Below are positions 12,509 through 24,680 of a stretch of DNA of 64,000 nucleotides, piece after piece. The notes beneath the pieces are model-generated. The model was given only the letters and a program-made list of their open reading frames with translations, was not told the DNA's origin and made no database searches. Source of the DNA: Octopus vulgaris (Eukaryota); the NCBI GenBank assembly GCA_951406725.2, contig OX597835.1, positions 40,548,001 to 40,612,000 of the forward strand, in the 5' to 3' direction. Within the stretch, counting starts at the first letter, position 1. Each line of letters opens with the position of its first letter. Position numbers and translations under genes: made by a program.

Positions 12509-12619
12509 GTTGAACTTCAAGAGAAAATGTATGTTGATAAAAACTTGGAAGACCAAGTTTTATTGGAAACCCAGCGACTTTATCCACCGTTTGTTTGTGG
12601 AAGAAAATTAGCCAAAACT
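12509..12619 (+). CDS. Cytochrome P450, exon F (K helix, ExxR)
   Basis: ttttgcAG|GTTGAA...AAAACT|GTaagt; VELQEKMYVDKNLEDQVLLETQRLYPPFVCGRKLAKT, containing the ETQR.PP motif. Confidence 0.92.
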
Positions 12620-14497
12620 GTAAGTCATCTCTGAAATTGTTTTGTATTACTCTTTTACTCTTTTACTTGTTTCAGTCATTTGACTGCGGCCATGCTGGAG
12701 CACCGCCTTTAATCGAACAACTCAACCCCGGGACTTATTCTTTTGTAAGCCCAGTACTTATTCTATCGGTCTCTTTTGCCGAACCGCTAAGTGACGGGGA
12801 TGTAAACACACCAGCATCGGTTGTCAAGCAATGCTAGGGGAACAAACACAGACACACAAACACACACACACACATACATATACATATATACGACAGCCTT
12901 CTTTCAGTTTCCGTCTACCAAATCCACTCACAAGGTTTTGGTCAGCCCGAGGCTATAGTAGAAGACGCTTGCCCAAGGTGCCACGCAGTGGGACTGAACC
13001 TGGAACCATGTGGTTCGTAAGCAAGCTACTTACCACACAGCCACTCCTACGTCTATGTATTGCTTAGAAATGAAAGAATGACTGAAAAGAAGGAATAAGC
13101 AGAGCAACAATATCATCCTCATCATTTATTATCTGTTTTCCATGCTGGCATGAGTTGGACAGCTTGACAGAAGCTGGCAAGGCCTGGGACCACACCAGAT
13201 TCCATAGACTGTTTTGGTTTGGTTTCTATGGCTAGATGCCCTTCCTAATGCCAACCGTTTTACTGAATGTACTGGGTGCTTTTATGTGGCACCAGCACTA
13301 ACACCAATGCTAATAGAAGATTATTTTATTTCAAGAGAAATATTTTAAATAAACCATCCAATATTTCATTTTTGTATTTGGTTTGTGACACAACTCCAGC
13401 TGTTTCAACACAGAGTATTGTTTATTAAGTGTCATCCAAAAAGTAGACACGATTCTGTCATGTGATGTTTTTCATTCCCGCATCACTTATTATTTAAGCT
13501 TTTGTCAATTCTTCTGAGAGGACTCTTTATGGACTCTACCAGGTGATGTTAGATATATGTGACGATAAAAATTTGTTGTTATAATTGCATACTGTAGGAT
13601 GTGAAAGATGAACAATGCATGAAATTTTAAGAAAATATTTATTTACCGTTACATTACAATACCTTGCCTCAACAGGCAGGTTATGATCAATCCAAAAGCA
13701 TGCAAAGTAAAGTTTGTGTTTGTGTTCTCTTCATTGTTTAGTAGTAATTGCAGAGAGAGATAGAATGATGCTGTAAAAGAACAGAATTAGAGCTAGTGAA
13801 AGTTGTAGGGTTGTGGGACGTCGTCTCACAGTTGCTGACAGTAAATTTCATTTCTCTCGCTGACCATTGTCTTTAGTAACTGGATTCCTTGTGATCATGC
13901 TTCTAGCAGTCCATTCCCTAACTAATTGAATCATCACGAGCCGCCTCGCTCAGTTGTCATCAAGTGACTACTTGGTTGAGTCGCCACTGACTGATTTTTG
14001 CTTGGGGTGTTCTTGCTTTTATAATTATCCAGAAGGATAGATATATCATTGAGAGCAATAGATTTAGTTGGTGGTCTTAAGAGGTTAGAAAAGGTCAAGT
14101 GGTGAAGACATTATTTCGGCCTAGCTAAAGGCATCTGGAAAATGTAAAACTGCTGTCAGAGAAAAACCATTGTTCCACCGTGGGAGAAGTTCTGTTGCAG
14201 TGTTAATTTAAATTTGGCTATCGTGGATCAAATCCACTTCATGCATGTAAGATCCACTACATCTACATCAGCTCATTGTTGTAGATTTACTCTTTTTGCC
14301 TTAGCACACTTACTGTGGTGAAGACTGTTCATTTTGCATCATGGACAATTGAAGTTACAGTTCACCATTTTGCACTTCAGGTTGGAATTGTTGCAATATT
14401 TTCTTTGATTATAAAGTTATTATCTGAACACAATATTATTATTTGTCTTACATTATAACAGTTTGCAAGATTCTTGATGTGAACTCATGTGTTGAAA

Positions 14498-14862
14498 TCT
14501 CTCTACATATAAACGGCAAAATGTCTGCGTGTGTGTCCTTTATACAAATCCACAATTTTTCAGTTAGAGGGTTCGCACTTTCTATGGTCATTCAAAACCA
14601 TCCAAGGGTGGTCGTGCACATCTTTACATTTCCCCAGCCACCCCACAAAGCCATTAAAAAAATCAATAGAAGTGACTTTTTTGTGAATTTTCTATCCAAA
14701 ACCCACTCAAAATGCCCGAAACTTGATACGCCAATTGAATGCCAGCTAGCTGTATGTGATTGGTTGGAGATTTGGACAGTACTCGCGTGTATGTGTGCAC
14801 GCATGCAGCTGTATATGCATGCACTAGCACTGTGACCCGGTGTTGCCGGATCATAGTGCTAG
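14498..14862 (+). mobile_element. Non-autonomous Helitron-like element
   Basis: A|TC 5' start (TCTCTCTACATATAAA); 3' hairpin CTAGCACTGTGACCCGG..CCGGATCATAGTGCTAG. Confidence 0.65.
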
Positions 14863-15317
14863 AGTACTTTATTGCATCTCAGAAGAATCCTTATGCTAAT
14901 AATAAACCACATGAAATGGTTCTATTTCATGTCTTTGTTATATATATATATGAATGAATGAATGAATAACAGGCTTCTGTCTACCAAATTCACTCACAAG
15001 GCGCTGAGTAAAAATGGGACACTAGTAGAAGACACTTGCTGAAGATGTCTCACAGTGGGTCTAAACCTGAAATCACATAGGTTCTAAGTGAGCTTCATAA
15101 CCAGACCAGCCCTGCCTGTGCCCATGTACAGTCATATCCTACATGTATAAAATAAGGAATTGGATCAAAATTGTTCTCCTTGAACAAAACATTTAAAAAT
15201 ACAATAAAAAGCATAGATAATAAATAATAAAAAACCTCTGGTATTTAGTTTTTGTCATTTGATCCTTAATCTCTTTTGTTTTTTCGAATATGTAAATTTT
15301 AATTTCTTCATTATTAG

Positions 15318-15436
15318 GAATGTATTATTGATGGCCACAAAGTCCCAGAAGGTTATTCCATCATCTATCTGACGTATGCTGCTCACAGGGATGAAAACAT
15401 CTTTGAAAATCCAAATGATTTCAATGCTGATCGTTG
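15318..15436 (+). CDS. Cytochrome P450, exon G (meander, PERF-like)
   Basis: tattAG|GAATGT...CGTTG|GTaagt; ECIIDGHKVPEGYSIIYLTYAAHRDENIFENPNDFNADR(W). Confidence 0.92.
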
Positions 15437-15468
15437 GTAAGTTCGTCAATGCAACAATTAATATATTA

Positions 15469-15737
15469 CGGAGATGTACTTGCAGAGCAAGTGACTTGAT
15501 CTGTGATCGTGTGCTGGAATGAAAACAATTGCAGCATGGAAGGTGTTTATAAGCCATTTAAGAAACACACAAAAACCGTTAGATTCACTTCAACATTTAA
15601 ATTTAATTTATCAAAATATTTTCGTCACTTTCAGACCGTGACCTGTTCACTGACAAATTAAATTTAAATGTTGAAGTGAATCTAACGGTTTTTGTGTGTT
15701 TCTTAAATGGCTTATAAACACCTTCCATGCTGCAATT
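15469..15737 (-). mobile_element. Penelope-like fold-back remnant with hammerhead-like loop
   Basis: 87-bp inverted arms (15527-15613, 15651-15737); CAATTAATATATTA direct repeat at 15455-15468 and 15733-15746; loop reads GTGAACA-g-gtcac..gtgac-GAAA-atat-TT on the - strand. Confidence 0.6.
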
Positions 15738-16009
15738 AATATATTATTGTAACTTAATCCTTTAGCATTTAAACTGGCTATATCCAGCCCAAATATTCTA
15801 TCTGTTTTATGTTCAAGCTGGCCATATCCAGCCTCTCACACTTATACTATAATGTCATTCTAAAAATAAACAATCACATCATCAAAATACCTAAGTTACA
15901 AGATAATGCATGATTGATTCAAAATGATATGAGTTTAATCTGAATGCTAAAGGGTTCATTAGCAATGGCAGAGGATGTTGTAAATTTATCTCTATATATA
16001 TAAACGGCA

Positions 16010-17140
16010 ATAAGAACCTGTTGGAGAAAGTTCAAAGATCTGTTCCCTCAGTTGATAACAGGAAGCCTCTATCTCAGAATGAAAGGCAGACAATGACGTT
16101 TGTGCAAAAACAACAATGCTACATGGTAGTGAAATGTGGGCAGTGAATGCAGAAGACACACAAAGAACACATATGGAATAGATTCTTGTGAGTGTCCTGG
16201 AGGATACTTAGATGTAGTAGATGGTTTCTGTCACATAGGTGACCTAATTAGCAGTGGAGGAGGATGTTCTGACAGTATAGTTGCTAGAATAAGAATAGGA
16301 TGTAGGAAGTTCAGTGAGTTAATATCTCTAATCTCTCTATATATAAAGCTGAAGTTGTCTGTGTATGGCAGGTTTGGTAGCCTTCAACTAACACTATCTC
16401 CTCCAAGACCCTGCGGTGCAAGTTGACCAAAATTGAGAATATGATAGAAGGCTTGCTCTTCCTTCTGTAGAAGTAAAAATTCAAATCGGACCATGTTAAC
16501 ACCAAAAATTATATACATCAAAAAGGTGCTTTTTTTCTATGAAAATCCCTATTTTTTAATGATTTTTTGACTGCTGTGTCGCCATTTTTCAGTGTATTTC
16601 AACGAGAAAAATGTTCACTTAATGAGAATAACAAGCTATATAATGCAAAATTTTTTACTTTTCAAAAATTCCAATTCTAAAGGGTTGAAACAAACCCGAG
16701 CAATGCCAGGCAATACTGCTAGTGATAATAAAAGCCTCTCTCTCATAGTGAAAGGCAGATTGTATGATGTTTGTGTACAAAAAGCAATGTTATACGATGG
16801 TAAAATGCAGGCTGTGAATGCAGAAGAAATGAAGAGCTAGCACGCTCCACTGGATATGCAGTGTCAACGTGCATGTACAACAAAGTGCAAATGTGTCAAG
16901 AGAAAAAAAGTGAGCATAAGAGGCATCAGATGTGGTATACAATGGAGAAGAGTGTGCTGGTATGGTCATGTGATGCATATGGATGAAGACAGATGTATAA
17001 AGGGATGCTGATGGCTAAATGTGGAAGGAACATGTGGAAGTAGGAGTCCAGAAGACATGGGGCAAAGTAATGAAGATTGACCACAGGGCAGTTGAGCTTT
17101 CGGGCAGTTGATGACAAACGACCGAGATGATTAGGGATTT
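16010..17140 (+). mobile_element. Decayed RTE-clade LINE fragments, interrupted by a Helitron
   Basis: LDVVDGFCHIGDLISSGGGCSDSIVARIRIG.RKF and LSLIVKGRLYDVCV remnants. Confidence 0.75.
16332..16722 (+). mobile_element. Non-autonomous Helitron
   Basis: A|TC start, subterminal hairpin, CTAG|T end, no TSD; splits the RTE coding remnant. Confidence 0.85.
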
Positions 17141-17247
17141 GCACCTGTACCTGTCTGTTTCTGCAAAAAATAAGGTTCTAAAGACATTGTTAATGTTTAT
17201 ACCCCCTTCCTTGGCCACCACACAATCTGTAGCCATGAAGCCTTCGC

Positions 17248-17512
17248 ATGACGACAACGACGATGACGACGATGATGATGATTTCGACGACAATGACGAT
17301 GACGACGACCACCACCGCTGCCGCCGCCGCCACTACTACCACCACCGCCACCACCACCACTGCCACCGCCACTTCCACCACCACCACCACCACCACCACC
17401 ACCACCACTACCACCACCATCACCACCACCACTACCACCAACACCACCACCACCAGCAACACCACCGCCATCATCATCATCATCGTCATCATCATCATCA
17501 TCATCATTATTA
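17248..17512. repeat. Compound (GAC/CAC/CAT)n trinucleotide repeat
   Basis: Seen directly, just upstream of the heme-exon acceptor. Confidence 0.95.
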
Positions 17513-17542
17513 TGTGGCTGTCATTCTCTCTTTGTCCTTCAG

Positions 17543-17630
17543 GAATGAATTCTCTAAAAAGAAACTGTTTACATTTGGTGATGGACCAAGAAGCTGCATT
17601 GGATTTGATATAGTCATGAGTATTGTTAAG
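17543..17630 (+). CDS. Cytochrome P450, exon H (heme-binding Cys)
   Basis: ccttcAG|GAAT...GTTAAG|GTaaag; NEFSKKKLFTFGDGPRSCIGFDIVMSIVK matches FxxGxRxCxG. Confidence 0.95.
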
Positions 17631-18769
17631 GTAAAGCAGGAATTTGTAATAATTTATTGTAATTAGTTAATTAATTAATTAAAATTAGTGATCCATGTAC
17701 ATACTTAAAATATTTATGCAGTAGAAAGAACTGCATTAAGGCAGTGAGCTGGCAAAAACGTTAGCACACCAGGTGAAATGCTTAGCGGTAGTTCTGAGTT
17801 CAAATTCTGCTGAGGTCGACTTTGCCTTTCATCCTTTCGGGGTAAATTAAATAAGTACCAGTTATGCACTGAGGTTGATGAAAACCAACTTAATCCCTTT
17901 GTCTGTCTTTGTTTGTCCCCTCTCTGTTTAGCCCCGTGTGGGCAATAAAGAAATAAGAAAGAACTGCAGTATTCATCTTGAGCAACTATCTCTTATAGAT
18001 GCATAGTGTAAACACAGAAAAATATCAGTAGCAGGTGATGGTTGCCTAGCAGGGGTGGTGGTAGATCTGGATCTCTGCTTATTAGCTTTCATCAGTGCAT
18101 ACCATGGTGCATGGTCTAGTGATCCAGGTGTTGCGCTCATGACTGTAAAAAAAAGAAAAAAAAAGGGAAAGTTTCTTCTTGAGTCATGCTGACTCATAAG
18201 GGCCGGTTTCCCAGTTTCATGACATATATATTCCCCACCTGGATGGGACGCCGATCCATTGCAATGAAATGAAGTGTTTTGCTCAAGAATACAATGAATT
18301 TCCCAGTTTCCATGGAGATTTCCCAGTTTCCACGGAAATTTCCCAGTTTCCATGGAAATTTCCCTGTTTCCATGGCATATAAAGTCCCTACCTGGACATG
18401 ATGCTGGTCCTTTTCAGGATGACTCCTTTTTGCCAGCTGAGTGAACTGGAGTAGTGTTTTGTTCAAGAAAACAATGCGTTGCCTGGTCCAGGAATCAAAA
18501 CCACAATTTTACAATCATGAGTCTAACGCCCTAACCACTAAGCCATGTGCCTCCTCTGCACTCACGACTGCCAGGTCATGGTTTCAATTTCTGTACCAGG
18601 AGGCACGTTGTGTTCTTGAGTAAAATACTTTATTTCATGTTGTTCAAGTGCTGTATGGGGACCAATTTCTTTTTTTCTTTTTCACCCTTTTCAAGCCTAG
18701 TCAGGCTCATGGGCCCAGTTTTCTGGTTTCTGTGGTGTATGTGTTCCCCCCAGCTGGATGGGGTACAGT

Positions 18770-18965
18770 GTTACTCAAGAAACAGGAAGAGAGAGTGAGA
18801 GAAAGTTGTGGTGAAAGAGTACAACAGGGGTCGCCACCTCCCCCTGCCAGAGCCTCGTGGAGCTTTAAGGTGTTTTCACTCAATAAACACACACAACGCC
18901 CAGTCTGGGAATCAAAACCATGATCCTTCAACTACGAGTCCGCTGCCCTGACCACTGGGCCATTG
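18770..18965 (-). mobile_element. tRNA-derived SINE, family 3
   Basis: Reverse complement begins caatggcccagtggtcagggcagcggactcg...GGTTTTGATTCC (tRNA-like A and B boxes). Confidence 0.6.
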
Positions 18966-19206
18966 TGGGGACCTGTATGTCAAAGAATGGACCCAACATT
19001 TCCCTTGCATGGTGTAAAAGGTGGCTAAAAGTGCCTGGTGTGCTAACAATTCAGTCAGCTCCTTGCCCTAGTGAAGAGTAATATAAAAATGAAGGTGAAG
19101 TAAGCTCCAGTTTCGCAACCCAGCTTCCATTCCCCATTGCAGTTATTTCACTTCACTTATGATACCTTGCACCTAGTCAAAATTTTCTTGTACTTTGTAT
19201 TTCCAG

Positions 19207-19374
19207 AGCATTGTACAAAGAATTATTGCCCAATATGAATGGAAATTGCAGACAACTGATGTGATCCAATATAAATGGTTTCCAGTCATCCGGCCCAACA
19301 CTCCAGTCTGTGTGGAATTCAGCTCCAAAGTAGAAATACGACATCTTGGAGACCAACATTTCACAAGATTTTGA
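19207..19374 (+). CDS. Cytochrome P450, terminal coding exon
   Basis: tttccAG|AGCATT...; SIVQRIIAQYEWKLQTTDVIQYKWFPVIRPNTPVCVEFSSKVEIRHLGDQHFTRF* (TGA 19372-19374). Confidence 0.88.
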   Translation, partial: SIVQRIIAQYEWKLQTTDVIQYKWFPVIRPNTPVCVEFSSKVEIRHLGDQHFTRF

Positions 19375-19605
19375 GCATTATCGTGTTTGTTGATGTTGCT
19401 TTTGCCTGCAATCTTTCACTGCAATGATTGAATGGAAACATACGCAAACATAGCCACGCATACATGCATGCATCAATATTAGTGTGGTCTGCTGATAGCT
19501 TTTTCATGCCTGCCAAGACTGATAAATAGATAGGCGTTTACAGACACACATATACATGTACAACATCCATGCACACCACACATACACAACTTACGTGCAC
19601 TACCC

Positions 19606-19659
<54 letters not shown>

Positions 19660-19660
19660 A

Positions 19661-19691
<31 letters not shown>

Positions 19692-20589
19692 TACATATAT
19701 ATGGTACTCAATGCTTTATAGAACATACATGTTTCAGTTAAGTACTGTCAGGATTACATAATTTCTGTTTAAGCATTACATAATCTTGTAAAACCACCTC
19801 TTCAGTGTTCAGTAATACACATACACGCACACAAACACACATCCACGCAGACATAGTCTCATTCTTTATCTCCATTTCCAACTTTAAAAAAAATAATATA
19901 TTTTCCATAAGTTAAACATGTGCTACAAATGTTTGAAACTTTCATCTGGTGAAAGTTTCAATCGGGCCATGACACACATGTTCTAAACTAATATCAGGGA
20001 AGACGGAATCATTTCATTGACCAAACTGCCAAAATCTCACATCGTCTCAATGAGTCAATTCAAATATGGGGCTGGACAGTTTTGCTTCTTGAACCTTACA
20101 ATTGCAGGGATCTTTTCTTTGAATTCTTTTAATGGTTTCAGCCAAAGGATTGTTGCCATGTTAGGGCACTGTTTTTTCAAAGGTTTTTAATCAACTGTAT
20201 TCAGGCCAATATTTATGCCGATGACCTTTGTTATCAGATACCTAAGTTCTTTCGCATCCTGGGAAGCAGTACCAGTTTACTGAGACAATCACATACACAG
20301 ACACATGTATACGTACATGATGGTCTTCAGCACTGTCTCCGTTTACCAAACACCACTCTCAAAGCACTGGTCAAACTGAGGCTATGGTAGAAAATACTTG
20401 CCAAAGGTGCTGTGTAGCTGGATTGAACCCAGAGCCATAGGGTTGTCAAACAAACTTCTTACCCACATGGCTATGCTTACACCTAGTTTTGCAATGGGTT
20501 TTTCATCTATAATGAGGTGTGAGGAAAATTTTACTGAGAAATTGCTGGATAATTGAAGCTTATAAGAATATTGTTATTTTTTCTCATAT

Positions 20590-20916
20590 CAGGGGTCCCC
20601 AGTCCCTGGGTCCTGGATCAGTACCAGGCTGTCAGTCATTTGGTATCAGACAGCACAAGTAGAACAATTTTTTTAAATTTTGAGGTGTATAATATACATA
20701 TATTAAAAAGCAATAATAGTAGAAATAAAATGCATAAGATACAATCAAATAATTACATTTGAACTGTATATATTAATTACATATATATTATATGTAATAA
20801 TTAAATTATATATTGTGTACTTTATTATGTTTTGTTAATTATATAATTCCTTGGTCTGTGGAAGAATTGTCTTGCATGAAGCAAGTCTGTGGAACCAAAG
20901 AAGGTTGGGGCTGCTG
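20590..20916. mobile_element. hAT/Charlie-like MITE
   Basis: CAGGGGTCCCC...GGTTGGGGCTGCTG termini, with subterminal sequence resembling MER1/Charlie elements. Confidence 0.65.
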
Positions 20917-22315
20917 TTTTATACCATAAGAATTTTCAAACTTCAAGAGATGTGAAATAATTAACTTTCTTTTTTCAAAGGTTGAGCTCAGAGTAGATAA
21001 AGCTATAATTAATAGCATAGAATGTCTGTCAAGTTAACAGATGTGGGTTCTCGTCCCACAGGCAGCCTTTTACTTTTCCTATCTAAAGGGATTTTTAACC
21101 CATTATTTACATGCAGTTATTTATAGCTGTATCTACTTCGAGTTCAACAGTTAAGAAAAACAAAACAATTTATTTAACATTGTTTTTGTTTTTTAAAATC
21201 TTTCAATGTGAATTGTTTTCATTGTGATACAAAATCTTTCCAATATTTCTATGTTTTTTTTGTTTTTTTTTTTCATGGAAATATAATCTGAAATAAGATT
21301 AACTCTATCTGGCTCAAATATCCTACCTGTTTTATGTTTAAAGCAGCCAGATCTGGCCTCTCAGACCTACCTTACAATGTGATTCTAAAAATTTATATAA
21401 TCACATCATCAAAATTTCGAAGCTATGAGACAATACAAAATTAATTCAAAACAATCTGAATAATTAAGCAATACATTTGACAAAATAATCTCAACGCTTA
21501 AAGATTAAACTATTCTTAAGTATAGCAGAAAGTTATATTTCATTGGCCAATCAGTAAATATCCTTCCCAAACAAGCAATAAAGTGTGAAAGCCAATGGAA
21601 TCTGACAATAAAATACGAAAGTTAAGATGCTTTCTGCATGGGGATTGGAGGAAGAAAGATTTGAAACATTTTGGTACCGCTGATTTGATGCTGACTTGTT
21701 TGACATCAGACGTTTTAATATTTTCTCTTGTTCTCTACCTCCTCCTCCCTCTCTATTTATATGTGTGAGCATATTTCGTTATGTGTATGAGGAGAGGGAA
21801 AGTTTTTATGTCAACTGTATTCAATCAATAAATCAATAAATTTTAATCTCTCTCTCTCCTCTTTCGATCTGTACATGTAAATTTTCTCTATATACATATA
21901 TATATAAATTAGAAAAAAAACACCTTTTATCAATTCAAAACGAACAATTAAATTACACCATCATCAAAATTACATATAATAGAAATATTAAAGTATTAAA
22001 ATTAAAATAACAATAATTTTATATATATACTTTATAATTAGGGTAACCTATTATCGATTGATTTTCGTTATTTCCCTTTTGCCTGTGTGGATTGTTTTCA
22101 AGTATTTTGATTTTTCTGGGAGCCCCCTTTAAAGTAGAAGGAATAGCTAAGATTTTTTGACTGCTATTTCTAAACTTCGGTATGTGGTGAAGCAAATCTT
22201 TGCTGGACCCTAGTTATAAAGTATTACTTAAGCTTACCATGAAATGGTCTTTCATGCCGAATTCTACTTGGTGAAATTACTGATTACTTCTTAATTAATT
22301 AATTTTACCCTTTGT

Positions 22316-22350
<35 letters not shown>

Positions 22351-24286
22351 GTGAAATTTGAATTAGTATTTCTAAATTGAATTTTTCCCTGTAAGTTAGG
22401 ATTAATATTCCCTCAAATAATAATAATAATAATTATTATATATATATATATATATATTAATTGTAGAAACATGTCAGTCAATGTTACTAATAGTTTCAAA
22501 GAGACTCAAAGTGGTGGAATTCTCATCACCAGAAAGTGTAGACTCATAATCACCTGTATTACTCAACAGGTATTTGTTCTCTTCTCTTTATAAATTAACT
22601 CTATAATTATTATATTGCATACTTTTCCCTTTGACATAAAGTTTATGACTTAAATAAGCACCATGCCTTCCTCTGATACTGGTGATATAAATGTTTATAT
22701 ATAACCTGAACATCCACAGAAAAAAAATACAAGGGCAAGGAAAAAAATTCCAGGGGAATAATGTTCTAGGATTGGGGATATTGGCTGGGGCAAGGTTTTA
22801 TGGTTAGGATAGTATGGGTGACAAGTGCGTTGGGTAGGCTTGGTTAAAGATGGTATGGAAATAGATGGTATAGATAAGGCGGCGAGCTGGCAGAATCGTT
22901 AGCATGCCGGGCAAAATGCCAAACAGTATTTTGTCTGCCGTTACGTTCTGAGTTCAAATTCCGCCGAGGTCGACTTTGCCTTTCATACTCTAATGATTAA
23001 CCATGCCTTGTGTTGCTGCTTCTTGGAAAAGGCCACCCATGGCTGAGTTTGATCTTAACCCAGTTTTGCATAAATGACCGAGGTTGCAACACTCCCTGCT
23101 AAATGGTATACTGACCTGTCACAGGGTTAACTCCCCAACTGTTGGTGGACCTCATTTACGGCTGAGTGGACTGGAGCAATGTGAAGTTAAGTGTTCTGCT
23201 CAAGAACACAACACACTGCCAGTTCAGGAACAGAAACCATGATCTTAAGATCACAAGTGCTGCATCGTAACCACCAGGCCTTGCACCTTCACATTATCAA
23301 ACATTATAAACAGCAATTTGAAACATAATTAAAAATAAACTCTAATAGTCTTAAGGTGGAACTAGAACTACGAACCTAATTGGTGCACGGTTTGAGGTGT
23401 ATCTTGTATCCAAACTGTTTACCTTGAATTCCAATGTCTATTGACTGAATGGAGGTAGGTTGATAGAATCATTATCAGACTTGTGGTATTTGTTCCAGTT
23501 CTTGAATTCTGCTGAGGTCAATCTTAATTTTTCATCCTTTCAGGTTTGATAAACCAGAATATCACTCAAGTGCTATCAGTGAACCTGTCTGCTCTGTATT
23601 TTTTTCACTGGCTCTTACTGCTAGAAATAGCTACCTAATAGGCCTAGAAATGAAATCTTTTTTTCTGTCTCAAATTAGTGCTTGTATCACTAATATAACA
23701 TTTACTAATAAAATCTCCTCTCTTAATGCATGATAATTAACACAGACTAATTAATTGGATGAGTAAGTTTTAAACAGGAAGAGTTTAAATACCAAGCAAT
23801 TATTTGAACTGATAACCTGAAAGTGCCAGAAATGTTAAACATTACCAATTTGGTCAGTATATTTCTCCGATAATTATAAAACTACCCCAAAACTTTGTTA
23901 AATGATATTTAACTCATGTAAACAATATCAAAAATAAATTTTATTATCATATTTCATATTTTATTATATAATTCTTTTTATCATATATTGATGAATTTCT
24001 TACATAGTTGCAGGACTTCAGATACACAGGGGAGAGGAAATGAGATTGGATGGCATCGATGCCTTTCTGAAACCAGCCAAGGCTTCTCTTTTATTATTTT
24101 CAAATTATTTCTCTTTGTTACTTCAAGAAAAAATATCAAATTGCATTAAAATCTTTCAATTTATAACAAATTTCCCAACTGTTTTCTTTGATTCTCAATA
24201 TCTATTTCTGAAAATGGTTGGAATCACCAAAACCATTGGAACATTGGATAAAATGCTGGATCTTTACATTTTGAGCTCAAATACAT

Positions 24287-24680
24287 AGGCGCAGGAGTGG
24301 CTGTGTGGTAAGTAGCTTGCTTACCAACCACATGGTTCCGGGTTCAGTCCCACTGCGTGGCACCTTGGGCAAGTGTCTTCTGCTATAGCCCCGGGCCGAC
24401 CAAAGCCTTGTGAGTGGATTTGGTAGACGGAAACTGAAAGAGGCCCGTCGTATATATGTGTGTATATATATGTGTGCGTGTGTATTTGTCCCCCTAGCAT
24501 TGCTTGACAACCGATGCTGGTGTGTTTATGTCCCTGTCACTTAGCAGTTCGGCAAAAGAGACCGATAGAATAAGTACTGGGCTTACAAAGAATAAGTCCC
24601 GGGGTCGATTTGCTCGATTAAAGGTGGTGCTCCAGCATGGCCACAGTCAAATGACTGAAACAAGTTAAAACATAAAGAGT
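24287..24680 (+). mobile_element. tRNA-derived CORE-like SINE, family 2; further copies at ~12650-13050(-), 25985-26345(-), 37830-38135(-), 40125-40555(-), 54186-54850, 58790-59120, 60422-60810, 61125-61503
   Basis: GGCGCAGGAGTGGCTGTGTGG...GGGTTCAGTCCC head, CCTTGGGCAAGTG core-like segment, internal (TG)n; multi-copy. Confidence 0.85.

Noticed and set aside
17127-17542. Poly-Asp/poly-His ORF in frame with the P450 heme motif
   Set aside because: Trinucleotide repeat upstream of a clean acceptor at 17541-17542; the spliced model already joins in frame.
18298-18375. Four copies of a 20-bp unit, superficially CRISPR-like
   Set aside because: No spacers; a local tandem amplification within a repeat, in eukaryotic DNA.
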